Source: Octopus sinensis (lineage: Eukaryota). From it: a stretch of DNA of 64,000 bases. How positions within the stretch are numbered: the stretch's first letter is position 1; each line of letters opens with the position of its first letter. The position numbers were made by a program, and so were the translations under genes. The stretch covers positions 157,418,001 through 157,482,000 of the forward strand of contig NC_043000.1 of NCBI RefSeq assembly GCF_006345805.1, written 5' to 3'. The notes under the pieces are model-generated. The model saw only the letters and a program-made list of their open reading frames with translations. It ran no database searches and was not told the DNA's origin. Of this stretch, positions 1 to 12,478 are shown one piece after another.

Positions 1-1562
1 ATGTAGTGATCTATTGCTCCTCTTTCAAGCAGAATATTATTGAACTCAGTACATAACTAAAGTGGAGGCTTATCAACTCAAATTCACATTTTCAGCTGTT
101 GTAAATAACATGTTATACCGAATGGGAAACACTTCGCCGCAATGATTGCCAAAAATATTTTAATTTAGTTTCTAAACGTGGTGAAAACCACTTGTAGCTT
201 AAGTTAATTTGAGGCAGCTATAAAAGCTTGGAAATATATCAAAAAGGTAAAAAAAAGGTGTATAGAGTATGAACATTTAGTTGTTTTTCTTTCTGCAAAA
301 TATGTTCTTAAAGTTTCTAATCGTTGGTAGCCATGGATAGCGGTATTTAATACTTCTTTGGAGCCGTCAGTAAAGCATAATATGAAGTAAGCTAAGCTAA
401 GCAATATTCAACATTCTACGAAGTTAAATATTTCGTATGATGAGAAAATTTATAGTTTTAAAGTCATACTCGATTTTGTTCTCATCCTAAATCGCAAATT
501 GATATTGTTTTTACACTATGTAGAGGAATCAATGAATTTGTATTTAAAACAATATTTACAATGTTATTTTATAAATTACTCGAATGAGTTGTTAAAACAC
601 CATCATATATCTTTGCATTTTCTATACGTTTATGTAAACCCTACCTTTATTAATATTTTCACTCGAAACTTAATATATTTTCTGTAAGTATTTCTGTCCA
701 TTACGAAACCTGTCCTTTCAAAATACTGTAAGAACGCGTGCTATTTTATAAATTCGCATTTTTAAACCACCTAGCAAGAAGAGATTCATATTTCTGGTGG
801 TCCGTTGGTAAATACAGAAAAACTGATACGCAGTAATTTATCTATTGCCATTAATCTTGCTCATTTATTTTTCAGAAACATCTCATCATATCACTTTAAT
901 CATAAGTCTACTGCTTACCATTAATATGACTTTAAACATCTCAATATTCAATAAATACGTAAAACGAGTATTTATGTTCCCATTTCATTATCTCAGTTTG
1001 TAGGACAGTTATCGAGCTAATCCGTCAAAATATAAGCTTTTACATTCATCTGTTTTCGATTTCCAGCTTTCAAATGCTACGCGTTATTTCATTGTATGGC
1101 CGAGGTCGTATATTCATAACCCCCATTTAAAGCTATACAATTACATACCAAAACCCAAACACACCCAGGGACACCCATGAGCAAAGACAGAAAGAGAGAG
1201 AGAGAGAGTGGGGGGGGGAGGAGAGAGGCACACAATGTAATGCAATATGTATATTTTTTTAATTGACTACATCACAACGTGTACATATGTGTACGCATGC
1301 ATATATATATATATATATATATATATGCATATATTAAACTTACATATACAAACACATATATGTGTGTGTATACATATATACACATATGTATATGCATGCA
1401 TATGCACACATGTATATATATGCGCACGCACACAGTGATATCACGGAAGAATCATGTTACACATATGGTGTTGTATTCACTATTGTTTTATTTCTGGATA
1501 ATGTTAACGGAAATGGAAGAAAAGTAATTGCAGATTACGTAACTTGCCAAACAAGTACAAAG

Positions 1563-1639
<77 letters not shown>

Positions 1640-2055
1640 ATGTATATATATATGTGTATGTGCATTTATATATATCTAAAGGCATACATGTATGTATCTA
1701 TGCATGTATGTATCTATCCATCTATCTATCATCTATCTATATATGGTTGTATGAATATACTAAAATAAAAGTATAAATAAAAATATAAATAGACTAACAA
1801 CTGGTTCCAGGACAGATTGTTTAAACTTTGGCGAAGCATGGGAGTAGAACTGAATGCTACAGGAATATAGATTACCAGAGGTCGATAAAAGATTAGTTGA
1901 GGAATGGTCACACTGGTTGCGATACATGTTGCTATTCGCCCTGAATAGTTATAGAGTAAGTTCAAATTCTTGACATTAAGTAATAGATAAAGCGGTCATT
2001 GTATGTAGACTTCAAAGCAGGACGAACGAGAAGGAGGGAGATGATGTGCAGCTAT

Positions 2056-2158
2056 ATCTTTACAGCTGTTTCAAGTATAGATGCAGAAATGGTACGTTTA
2101 CATTTAAGCAGTTGGCAGCCAACATCCTAGTGAAAATCTATTCCATCATTAGTAAAAT
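2056..2158 (-). ncRNA. Degenerate type I hammerhead ribozyme with long (73 nt) stem II
   Basis: The minus strand reads atttta-CTAATGA-tggaatagat...atctatactt-GAAAC-AGCT-GTA-aagat. The stem II base pairs (atagat/atctat) and stem III is the palindrome ACAGCTGT. CTAATGA has one mismatch to CUGANGA. Confidence 0.6.
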
Positions 2159-2195
2159 GGTGAGATGGGACCTTCGTGGGAAATGCAGATATTTA

Positions 2196-2346
2196 GGTGA
2201 AGGCGTGGCTTAGTAGTAAGAAGCTTGCTTCCCAACCACATGGTCCAGGGCTCAGTCCCACTGCATCGAACCTTTAGCAAGTATCTTCTACTATAGCGTC
2301 GAGCCTTGTGTGTGAATTTGGTAGACGGACACTGAAGAAGCCCGTC

Positions 2347-2395
<49 letters not shown>

Positions 2396-2615
2396 TATGT
2401 TTGAGTCTGTGAAATTCCCCCAGTACCACTTCACAACTGATGTCGGCGTGTTTACGTCCCAGTAATCCAGCATTTCGGCAAAAATGACCGATAAAATAAG
2501 TACCAAGCTTAACAAAAATAAGTACTGTGGAAGATTCAATCGACTGAAAATTCTTCAAAGTCATGCCCTAGCATGACCGTAGTCTAATGACTGGAAGAAG
2601 TAAAAAGATTAAAAA
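2196..2615 (+). mobile_element. tRNA-derived SINE family A (CORE-like body, internal TA microsatellite), diverged full-length copy
   Basis: It has the A/B-box-like head gcgtggcttagtagtaag...ggctcagtccc, an internal (TA)n and the 3' end gtagtctaatgactggaagaagtaaaa. It is homologous to more than 10 other copies in the window. Confidence 0.85.
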
Positions 2616-3028
2616 GAAAGATAAGATACTAGTAGTAGTAGATATACAGAAGTGAGCGTAAAGGAAGAAAACCAGAGAATATTATGTCATAATAACAAGA
2701 CAATAAATAAAATCTCAATATGACGTTGGTTATACGTATAAAGTTCTAGAATTAAAGCAAAGTATGTGGAAAGAAATGGCCAATATAGTATGGGCAACAA
2801 AGGATGATGCTGAGATAGTGTCAAAAACATGTATACAATAGCAGGAGCATATGAGGCGAGTAATTAGAATCATTAGGTAGGTAAACTAGCCATGGGTGCA
2901 TTATGTGGCGAAGGGCCAATCAAGGTAACGTTTAAATATTCCCTCATATTTTGTCAATGTTTCAATATATAACTGCCATAATCTGATCTGATATTAGTCG
3001 CTTGGCACTGTTTGTATATTTATTCTAT

Positions 3029-3030
<2 letters not shown>

Positions 3031-3101
<71 letters not shown>

Positions 3102-3278
3102 ACATATATATATATATACATACATATATACATATACATACATACATATATACATATACATACATGCATGCATACATGCATGCATACATGCATACGTACA
3201 TACATACATACATACATACATACATACATACATACATACATACATACGTACATACATACATAAATATATATATATACA
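3031..3278. repeat. Compound (AC)n/(TA)n/(TACA)n microsatellite
   Basis: Direct reading. Confidence 0.95.
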
Positions 3279-3459
3279 CCCACCGGTGGTTTGATTGAAA
3301 TACTGTCTATAGCTAATCTTCATTTGGCAGGTATAAAATCTCACCTTTCTTTCTAAGCTGCAGTTTAAGTTGAACTTTAGCAGCAAGTTCACATGAGCAC
3401 TAGTCGTATGTAACTATTATAGTACAAAATGAGACGTAATATTATCTGCATTATACGTC

Positions 3460-3495
3460 CGTACAAGCAGAGATACCCGGAGTTGCTCGGGATAA
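3460..3495 (-). mobile_element. Degenerate Helitron-like 3' terminus
   Basis: acaagcagagatacccggagttgctcgggat resembles the Helitron end actagcagtatcgcccggcgttgctcgggt at 25338 and 26795, including the cccg/cggg hairpin. Confidence 0.4.
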
Positions 3496-4210
3496 AAATG
3501 GCATAGCTTTTTATCGTTTTACTTGCTTCAGTGATGTGACTGCTTACGAATGAGAAAGGAAGAGGTGATAGATGAATAAGGGTGGAAGGAAGGGGTAATG
3601 TTATTTGTATTTTTTTCATAGCTCTCATGGTTACCGAGATAATCTACAATTAGTATACTTTTGTTTATGAATGAGAAAGGAAGGGATGATAGATGAAGAA
3701 GGAAGAAAGGGGTGATGTCATACTTGGTGTGATGATGCAAATTGTACGCTGAAAATTAAATCAAACAGCATTTCAACTATGTGTATGTAAAAGTGGGGGT
3801 ATGTGAATGTGTGTGTGTTTGTTTGTGTGTGTCTACGCGCGCAATGGAAGTGGGATGGTTCATCTTTGTTCGCTTAGTATTTGCATTTATTTTTTGGGGC
3901 TATTCAACGGCAGCATTCGTCCTATTTTTCTGGATTGCCATGTTAGCTTGGTAATAACCATTAATACCCAGTACCGCTGCCGTAGTCTCCTTTAGAGAGA
4001 ATTAGAAATATATATATACTTACATCTGTTTGTGTGTATGTGTGTGTGTATGTATATACACATACAAATGTTTCTTTCTTTTTTCATTTGATATTTGTTA
4101 TTCATCTTCTATAATAATGAAGCTGTAGCACTTAATTTGTTGCTTTTGTATACACATACCGAGAAGAAATCTTGTAGAACGGAGGTTATTTTAACGAGAT
4201 ACATCTTGCA

Positions 4211-4316
4211 ATCACCTGAGGGAATCCATCTGCACCGACGGATACACCTAAACCAAAGGATGAGTTACCCACCCGTTAGAGATCGAGGCTAGATGGGTCG
4301 CAGCAATTGTAGTGAT
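4211..4316 (+). ncRNA. Degenerate type I hammerhead ribozyme with long (77 nt) stem II
   Basis: atcac-CTGAGGG-a-atccatct...agatgggt-c-GCAGC-AATT-GTA-gtgat. Stem I (atcac/gtgat) and the stem II base pair, stem III is palindromic and AATAAA follows at 4318. Both core boxes are mutated. Confidence 0.55.
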
Positions 4317-4377
4317 CAATAAAATGTTCGTATCTTCCGTCTTCCGTCTCTCTCATTAACCAAGTATTATATATATA

Positions 4378-4452
4378 TGTGTGTGTGTGTGTGTGTTGTG
4401 TGTGTGTGTGTGTGTGTTGCGTGTGTGTGTGTGCGTATGTGTGTGTGTGGTG

Positions 4453-4484
<32 letters not shown>

Positions 4485-4647
4485 GTGCGTGTGTGTGTGG
4501 TGTGTGTGTGTGGTGTGTGTGGTGTGTGTGTGTGTGTGGTGTGTGTGTGTGTGTGTGCGTATGTGTGTGTGTGTGTGTGTGTGCGTGTGTGTGGTGTGTG
4601 TGTGGTGTGTGGGTGTGTGTGCGTGTGTGTGTGTGTGTGTGTGCGTG

Positions 4648-4691
<44 letters not shown>

Positions 4692-4741
4692 TGTGGTGTG
4701 TGTGTGCGTGTGTGTGGTGTGTGTGTGTGTGCGTATGTGTG

Positions 4742-4781
<40 letters not shown>

Positions 4782-4805
4782 TGTGTGGTGGTGTGTGTGT
4801 GTGCG

Positions 4806-4844
<39 letters not shown>

Positions 4845-4920
4845 GTGTGTGTGTGTGGTGCGTGTGTGTGTGTGTGTGCGTGTGTGTGTGTGTGTGTGTG
4901 CGTGTGCGTATGTGTGTGTG
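4378..4920. repeat. About 540-bp imperfect (GT)n microsatellite
   Basis: Direct reading; interrupted by gc, gg and at variants. Confidence 0.97.
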
Positions 4921-6398
4921 AATACGTTACGGTTTTTGTTTAACGGAAAATATAATTACTGAATACTTGTTTTAGAGAATAATTTTTATTTAGATTATGC
5001 GCCCATTTAGATTATGCGCCCAACGCCTTCTGTGTTGCTACTGTGAAGATTACGTTATTCCCTACGCGTATACATAAAGCATATATACAAGATGTCACCA
5101 AAAAATTCCAGGTCATGTTATTGGTTATCGCAGGTCAAATTTTTAGGTATATTGATTTTATAGCTGAGTTTCTCACTGTAGCAGATAATATGCATATTTA
5201 TATGTGTATATGCATGCTTATTACAATACAGTGAGATATACCCTTGTTAATTGCAAACTGGTAATCTATGTGAGAGAAAACTAGAATTTTCAGGCGAGGA
5301 ATGTAGAGGATGTCTAAACGAGTGTGGAAAATGTATCTAAATGTAACTAGAAGAACAGAGACAAAAAAAAAAAAAATGGGAACAGCAATTTTTAAACAGA
5401 TGAAGAAAGGGGATAAATGGCGAGTTAGGAAAAGAAGAAGAAAGAAAAAGGGAGACGAAGAAATGAACGAAAGCGAAGGAGATAAAGGTTTCTGCATGTG
5501 AATTAATTCTACCATTTTGAAATCAATTATGAATAAGTGAGAAAAGATATGGTTTTTCAGAGAAGGATATTTCAGTTTGGTGAGAAAAAGAGAGATTAAT
5601 GGGGAGAAGTTGTAAGCTATGTGTACTAATATCTGTCATACATTTTATGCTGATATTTACGTAGGTCGATAGTTACATATGCATGATTCGCTCTTCGTCT
5701 TCTGAATCTGTTGCATAGAGATACTCAGCCTACAAAATTCGTACTAGATGATACTGTTATTGCTTTTCTATATACGAGTAATATCGTTTCTGTATTGAAC
5801 CTGTTTGCATAATATACCTTGTTATATGAAATATTCATGGATCATTTGAAACAACTGTAAAGACAAGACCAGCTTAAATCATATAAATTGAATATACATC
5901 TTTTTATACGAATTCCTTCCTTATTCCTGTTAACTTTTGAAATAATTTTATTCTTGAGTTCGCTCATATTCAGTATGCCCACACAGAACGATACAATTCT
6001 ATAGTTATAGAAATAACTCATTACCTTTCATAAATGTATATATTTCTGAAATTACTAATTTCCTATATGTCCACTGTCATTATGTATGTATAACAACTAG
6101 CTATTCTGAAATTTTAGAAATACGGTTTCTGATTACGTTACACTGAATTACATTAGGTTTTTCTAGCCTGCAGGTTTAGCTGAAATAAACAATGGTCTTT
6201 ATATTAACATGAAACGAATTTCAAGTAATTATCTATATTTAAAAAAAAATAATTAACAATTATTATAATGTTATGTGAAGATGATAGAATCAGGTTTTTA
6301 AAAATGTTCTGTGCGGATTCGTTCTACCAATTATAGAACTACTTTTATACAATTACGAAAAAACAAAACAAACTAAATTGCAGAAGTACTTTCTCATG

Positions 6399-6400
<2 letters not shown>

Positions 6401-6471
<71 letters not shown>

Positions 6472-6480
6472 GCACACACA
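6401..6480. repeat. (CA)n microsatellite
   Basis: Direct reading. Confidence 0.95.
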
Positions 6481-7024
6481 AACTCGCGCGCGTGTGTGTT
6501 TGTGGAATACGAGGTAAGAGGAGTGAAAAAAAACGGACAAATGACTTAGAAGAATGATAGACTGAATAAAAGAGAAGTTGATACGGTAATAAGTGAGGAG
6601 TAGACGATATGATAGTAGCTAAACAATTGAAAGAGAAGCAAATAAAATGAAGATAACATACAAATATACACATAGCAAGACAGATGTAGATATAAAACAA
6701 AGACACTATAAAACATATAGGTAATATAAAAGATGTAGGTATATAAAGCATACAGATAATTTAAAAATATAGAGAATATAAAGCGTATAAAAGACTAAAC
6801 ATAGACAAGGAAGATCGTGAAGGCGAATGATGTCGCTGGTCAGTCCAATGTTAGCTCGCATCAGAGCGACAGACATCTCGCCTTTGAATAGCGCTGGCCA
6901 ATATAGTATTCTCCTTAAAAGTTACAGTGTGATTCGAGGAAGATTTTTTGCCCATGATGTTCGGCTGCCTTAGGAATGATGTTGGCACTGAGGTTAATAA
7001 TACGACGTTGTTATTCAAGATAAT

Positions 7025-7475
7025 CCTGTTGTTGTTGTTATTGATGTAGATGATGATGATAATAATGATGATGATGATGATGATGATGTTGATGATGATA
7101 ATATTGATGTAACGCTTGTGATGAATACGATGATGATAACGGCGATGGTTACTACTGTGGCAGTAGAGATGACCGTGGTGAGGAAAATGGCGATGATATT
7201 GATAATGATGGTGCTGCTGCTGATGATGATGATGACACTAGTACTACAGCAACTGACTCTGATACTGAGGATAATGAATATTCTGCTGATGATGAACGAT
7301 GTAGCCGCTGTTGCTGCTGCTAACGGTGACAAAAATGTTGACAATGATGTCACCGATGATGATGTTGACGATGATTGTGATCATAATCAGTGAGTTAATT
7401 ATAATGATGATAATCATGATGAGCATGGTCATGACGATTCTGTTAATGATGATGATGATGATGATAATGATGAGG
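7025..7475. repeat. Degenerate (GAT)n trinucleotide low-complexity tract
   Basis: Runs of gat/gtt/gct triplets. It produces the poly-M/D/I ORFs in the track. Confidence 0.9.
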
Positions 7476-8174
7476 GCCTATATTGAAAGCAGATGTCTCT
7501 TATCCAATTACATAGATACTATACCTAAAGCAAAACCGAGAAAAGCTAAAAAGAAAATATTAAAATGAAAAGAAAATAAATAAAAGATAATCAACAAAAA
7601 AAACTGATAAAACAAGCGACGGAAAGAAAGACAAAAAATGCTATAAAATACATCTGTATCATAAATAAGAACTAATATATCTTTTCTATTCGTATAATTC
7701 AGTTTTATTGTTGATTAAGAGACTGGGAGATAAAAACATAATTCTGTCAAGAAATGACGCAAATAAATTCTGCATCATCTTTAAAGAATAAAAAACAAAC
7801 AAACACAAAAACAAACCAATAGCCTAACAAAAAAAAAAAAAAGAAAACGAAAACAAAAGACAAAAAACCACATAATTCTGAAGAAAGCAAATTTAGAAAA
7901 CAAAATAAAGAAAAAATAATAACGAAATTTATGGTAAATAAATTATATAAAAGAAAGCAGAAACGAATCGAAAGTTGATATGAAAATTATTAAAATTTGT
8001 TCTAATAAGAGAAAAACTTTAATCATCACTTATTTTTGGAATCCCGTTGCTTTTGTACTTCGTAGTAGCTTTGCAAAGGTTTTTGAGTATCTTTTAATAG
8101 TTTATGAAAATAAAAAAAACGTTTTCGTTTGTACGTTTTTGTATTTAGAAATTTATGCATATATGACTGCTTGT

Positions 8175-8211
8175 GTGTATGTATGTACGTACGTATGTAT
8201 GTATGTATATG

Positions 8212-8277
<66 letters not shown>

Positions 8278-8314
8278 ATATATATATATGTTGCATGTAT
8301 ATATACATGTATGA

Positions 8315-8367
<53 letters not shown>

Positions 8368-8394
8368 TGCCTGTATATGTTTGCATATATATAT

Positions 8395-8434
<40 letters not shown>

Positions 8435-8560
8435 TATGCCTGTATATGTTTGCATATATATATATATGCAAGCATATACAGGCATATATGTATATACATG
8501 TATATATTAGTATACACACACGCTTGCGCGAGCACATGTGCGTGTGTGTATGTGTGTGTG
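8175..8560. repeat. Compound (TA)n/(TG)n microsatellite with an embedded duplicated and inverted motif
   Basis: gcctgtatatgtttgca occurs at about 8369 and 8438, with an inverted copy tgcaagcatatacaggc at about 8467. Confidence 0.9.
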
Positions 8561-9489
8561 TTTGCGCGTGCACATGCGTAAGTTTATGTGTGGGTGTCTA
8601 TTTAATAATTCCTTTAGTTTCTATGAGCCATTTTTGTATTCTGCTAATTCTATCCAATGTCTGCAACGTCTCACATTATTATTTGAAATTCTGTTGGCCA
8701 TTTGTATTATATTTCCGTCTTGGTTAATAAATATCTTTGAAATATATTTTATTTTGGTTCGTTAAAACACTGACGTCAATCAGTTTACTGTCTAACGTCT
8801 TCCATTTTTTCACTATTGTCTATAACGTCCATAATGCAACAATTAGCTATATTATTACTGAGTGAAGCGCAAGTGTTTTGTTATAAACTAAGTAAGACTC
8901 GTATAACATAAAACTTTATTTTTGACTTTGCTTATGAAGTAAAATCTTATTATAGGCGCTAACATCGATTGGTGTTACATAACGCGTATATCCCGAAATA
9001 CGCTTCTGGTTATGCTGAAGTACTTACCGGAGAATCAGTCCAGAACAAACGTGACTACTAACCGAAACAGACGCAGCCCATCAATTAGCTCTGGTTCTCT
9101 AAATTCAAAGAGTCAGATGTGCTTCTATTAAGGGCGTCGTATTAAACAAATGGCTAATTTTACATTTCACGTACAGGCTTGTGGGTAATCATGATAAGTC
9201 ACCAGCCATCTTTAATGTCGCAACTTCTTAATAATTGCAGGGTTTAATTTGTTGCAGGCATTCAGATTATACCGTAGTTTCCTTACGACTCAGCGTTTAT
9301 GATGATGATATTAAGCTGTGAATGTTCGCGTTTGGGACTTTCTGCATCACTTTCACTATTATAGGAGGGCCTAAAATGTTCCCCAACTCGGATCCTCTTG
9401 TGACTAACTGTATTTACTTCAGTGAATTGCATGAAAGTTTTGTTAGATTCAGTCAAGAGGTGAAGTGTTTACAGAATCTTTCTGACAAC

Positions 9490-10600
9490 ATCATTTCATT
9501 ATTATAGCTGGGTTCCAACCCGGGCTGCGGCAACAAAGTTTACACGCCATACTTCGCGGTCCATTATCTCTGGTTCGATGTCCTTGGATACATTGCATCC
9601 CAGTGTCTGCAATCAAGTTGTCGATGTAAGTGTGACGACGTTTCCCTCTTCTTATATCACCATGAAGTGGGTTCCACAAGGATAATTTGGATGCTTACAA
9701 TGTAGGGTGGCACACGGAGTGATTAAATAGTTGCAACCGTCTTTTCCTGATCTTCTTGCTAACTTTCAGCAAGTCTCTATAAAGGCATTCCTTTGATATA
9801 CTTTGCTGTCATTTAACTTTTAAGGCCATTCATAGCACTCTTGTTGGCATCCATTTAGTGCGTTTGATAATTTCTTTGTCAGTGTCCATGTTTCACTGTC
9901 ATATAATAGCACTGATTCGATAGTTGCAATGAACAGCTTGATTTTGATTTTCCTGGGAAATTTGGAGTTCCAGACTTTCTTTAGTTTGTGATAGACTGTC
10001 CATTCTTGTACCATAATGATCTTGATGTCTGCTTCCGAAACTGCTCATCCAACCACCTAACTACTTGAAGTCTTCAGCAACATTAAATTTGGAACCGCTC
10101 AAAGCAAGCAGTTAAGTATCACTAGATTGGTTGAAAGACATGTATTCCGTTTTCTCAACGATTTGTGTGCAGTCCAATGTTAGTAGCCGATATTTCTACT
10201 CTGCTGAGCAGCTTGATCGATTTCTTTAGATAAGAGTGGTGTACCATTTGCGAAGTCCAGGTCTGTAATGGTTACTGCGGGTACTTTCCTCAATCTTTGC
10301 TGGTCTTTGATGAAACCAAGGTCTTCGTCACTTGCCTATAGCCTGCTGCATTGCATAATTCAATACAATTGCAAGCGATGAATGCGCAAGCGTATCTCAT
10401 TGAAGCACCTTAGCTAGTATTTGAATGCATTCCGTTTCTCCGTCAGACAACACACGAGCTCTGATCTTCTCGTAGGTCTTTACAATGGGAAGAACTATTT
10501 CTTCTGGAATACTATATGCTCGGAGGATCGACGACATTTTGCAACGATGGTTACTGTTAAACGCTTTGCTGAAGTCCACGAAGGTTATAATGGCAGGTAG
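9490..10600 (-). mobile_element. RTE-clade non-LTR retrotransposon (LINE), 5'-truncated, degenerate reverse transcriptase and C-terminal region
   Basis: Minus-strand peptides FVDFSKAFNS..KMSSILRAYSIPEEIV, ITDLDFANG (FADD site decayed), EDFK*LGG and LKKVWNSKFPRKIKIKLFIATIESVLLYDSETWTL. Stops and frameshifts are present, with a short (ATG/AAT)-repeat tail near 9490. Confidence 0.92.
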
Positions 10601-11226
10601 CTGTCTTGATTGATTTAAACCAAGGAGTTAAATCTGAAAAGAAGGGATGGAAATAAAACTTTGCCCCTTACAAAATCCGAGAAAAGTAGAAAATAGTGGT
10701 AAATTTGGCTAAAGTAACTTTAAGAAAGCAAAACAAAAAGTATATAAGCAAATTGACTAAAAGAAAGACTAATAAAAAGAAAAGGAAAAGGAAACGAATG
10801 TTTGATATAAAAATAGTGTTGTGTGTACATTGACACCTACCTACCCTACCTACCTACTTCCCTTCTTCCATACTTGGCTCTCTCTTGGATCCCTCTCTCT
10901 CTAACTGTCTGTCAGTCTATATATATAGACATAACTACACATATGCACAACACACACACACATGTACATAATGCACACTTCATAGGATAGTGAAAATCTT
11001 TTAGTCTTACGCGATACAAAGAAACATTATAGGTGTTGGTACTATGATAAAATCGTATTCAATACACGTTGCGAAGTGCTTGGTCGTAGGAAGAATAGCC
11101 AGCTAGAGGAAGTGAACACCAAATTGTACTGTCTCCTCTAAAAGAAACGAATAACCGAGTCTCCTAATAAGCATGAACTCTGATTATAACCACTCGTCCA
11201 ACTCATTGCAGTACGGAAAGGGAACG

Positions 11227-11257
<31 letters not shown>

Positions 11258-11576
11258 CATACATACATAATACATACATACATACATACACGCACACATA
11301 CATACACGTTTTGTAACATTCTTCATGCGTTAATTTCGATTTCGACATGGAAAAAAGGGATGAATACATCTTTGCATTAATATGTATGCATGCTCAGCTT
11401 TATACAATGTAACTGTATATTCACAAATCAATGCAAATACAGAAAACTAGTTCATCAAATCACCAGTTCACCGGATCATCATATATACCCACTGTTTTAT
11501 GGTTTCATATATATATTCCGAATTTGAAAAGGGTGAAAGCAGAGAAATTACCGAGAAGCAGCAAAGTTTTACGTCT

Positions 11577-11610
11577 TCCTTGAAGAAAGACATTGTCCGA
11601 AACGTTGGTT
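11577..11610 (+). ncRNA. Possible minimal hammerhead variant (PLE-type)
   Basis: cc-TTGAAGA-aa-gac-att-gtc-c-GAAAC-GTT-gg. Stem I is only 2 bp. Confidence 0.3.
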
Positions 11611-11672
11611 TTTCTACTTGCGCACCAAATTCACTGTAGTCTTTCTCTCTCTATATATATATGTAGAGAGAA

Positions 11673-11751
<79 letters not shown>

Positions 11752-11995
11752 AGAGAGAGAGAGTATGTATATCGCATTATATTATTATATATGTATATGA
11801 TTTGCGAACTTGGATATATGCGTATGCACGGCCATTATGCACGGTTGCACAGACATATACACACATAAACAGGCGCTCGCATACATATCAATGTACAAAA
11901 GGAGAAAGCAGGAGAGAGCTTTTTTTCGTATGTATGTATATGCATATATTTGTAAATACACGTATAGTGGCAATGTTGAATATATGTGTGTATAT

Positions 11996-12077
<82 letters not shown>

Positions 12078-12334
12078 GAATAAATACTATTAGCTGGACA
12101 CGAGGGGAAGTATTCATCTCAAGATTAACTTTCACAGCCAGTAATACAAAAGTAATGCTATTCTTCCCTTTACTTTAAACAGACGTCAATTTCCTGTTAT
12201 CCCGGTATTTGCAACGGCCATTAGCAAGACGACCATTAACATATATCTCAGTTTATTTTGTAATAATTTTTAATACATTAATGTAAGATAAACACAACTG
12301 ACGTCACTACATTGTTGACGGCAGAGAGGTATAC

Positions 12335-12401
<67 letters not shown>

Positions 12402-12438
12402 ATACACATTTATATATACATGCATATACATATATATG

Positions 12439-12478
<40 letters not shown>

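Noticed and set aside
4989-5022. 17-bp tandem duplication tttagattatgcgccca as an excision footprint
   Set aside because: It cannot be distinguished from ordinary slippage.
7015-7568. Acidic, Met-rich or Ser/Ile-rich protein exon
   Set aside because: It is a degenerate (GAT)n tract open in several frames on both strands, with no domain or splice support.
9005-9080. Hammerhead at ctgaag...gaaacagac
   Set aside because: CUGANGA is incomplete, there is no NUH triplet and stem I does not pair.
12175-12255. Minus-strand hammerhead ending GAAAT-TGAC-GTC
   Set aside because: Neither candidate 5' box (CTAATGG, CTGAGAT) gives a paired stem I, so it is too degenerate to call.
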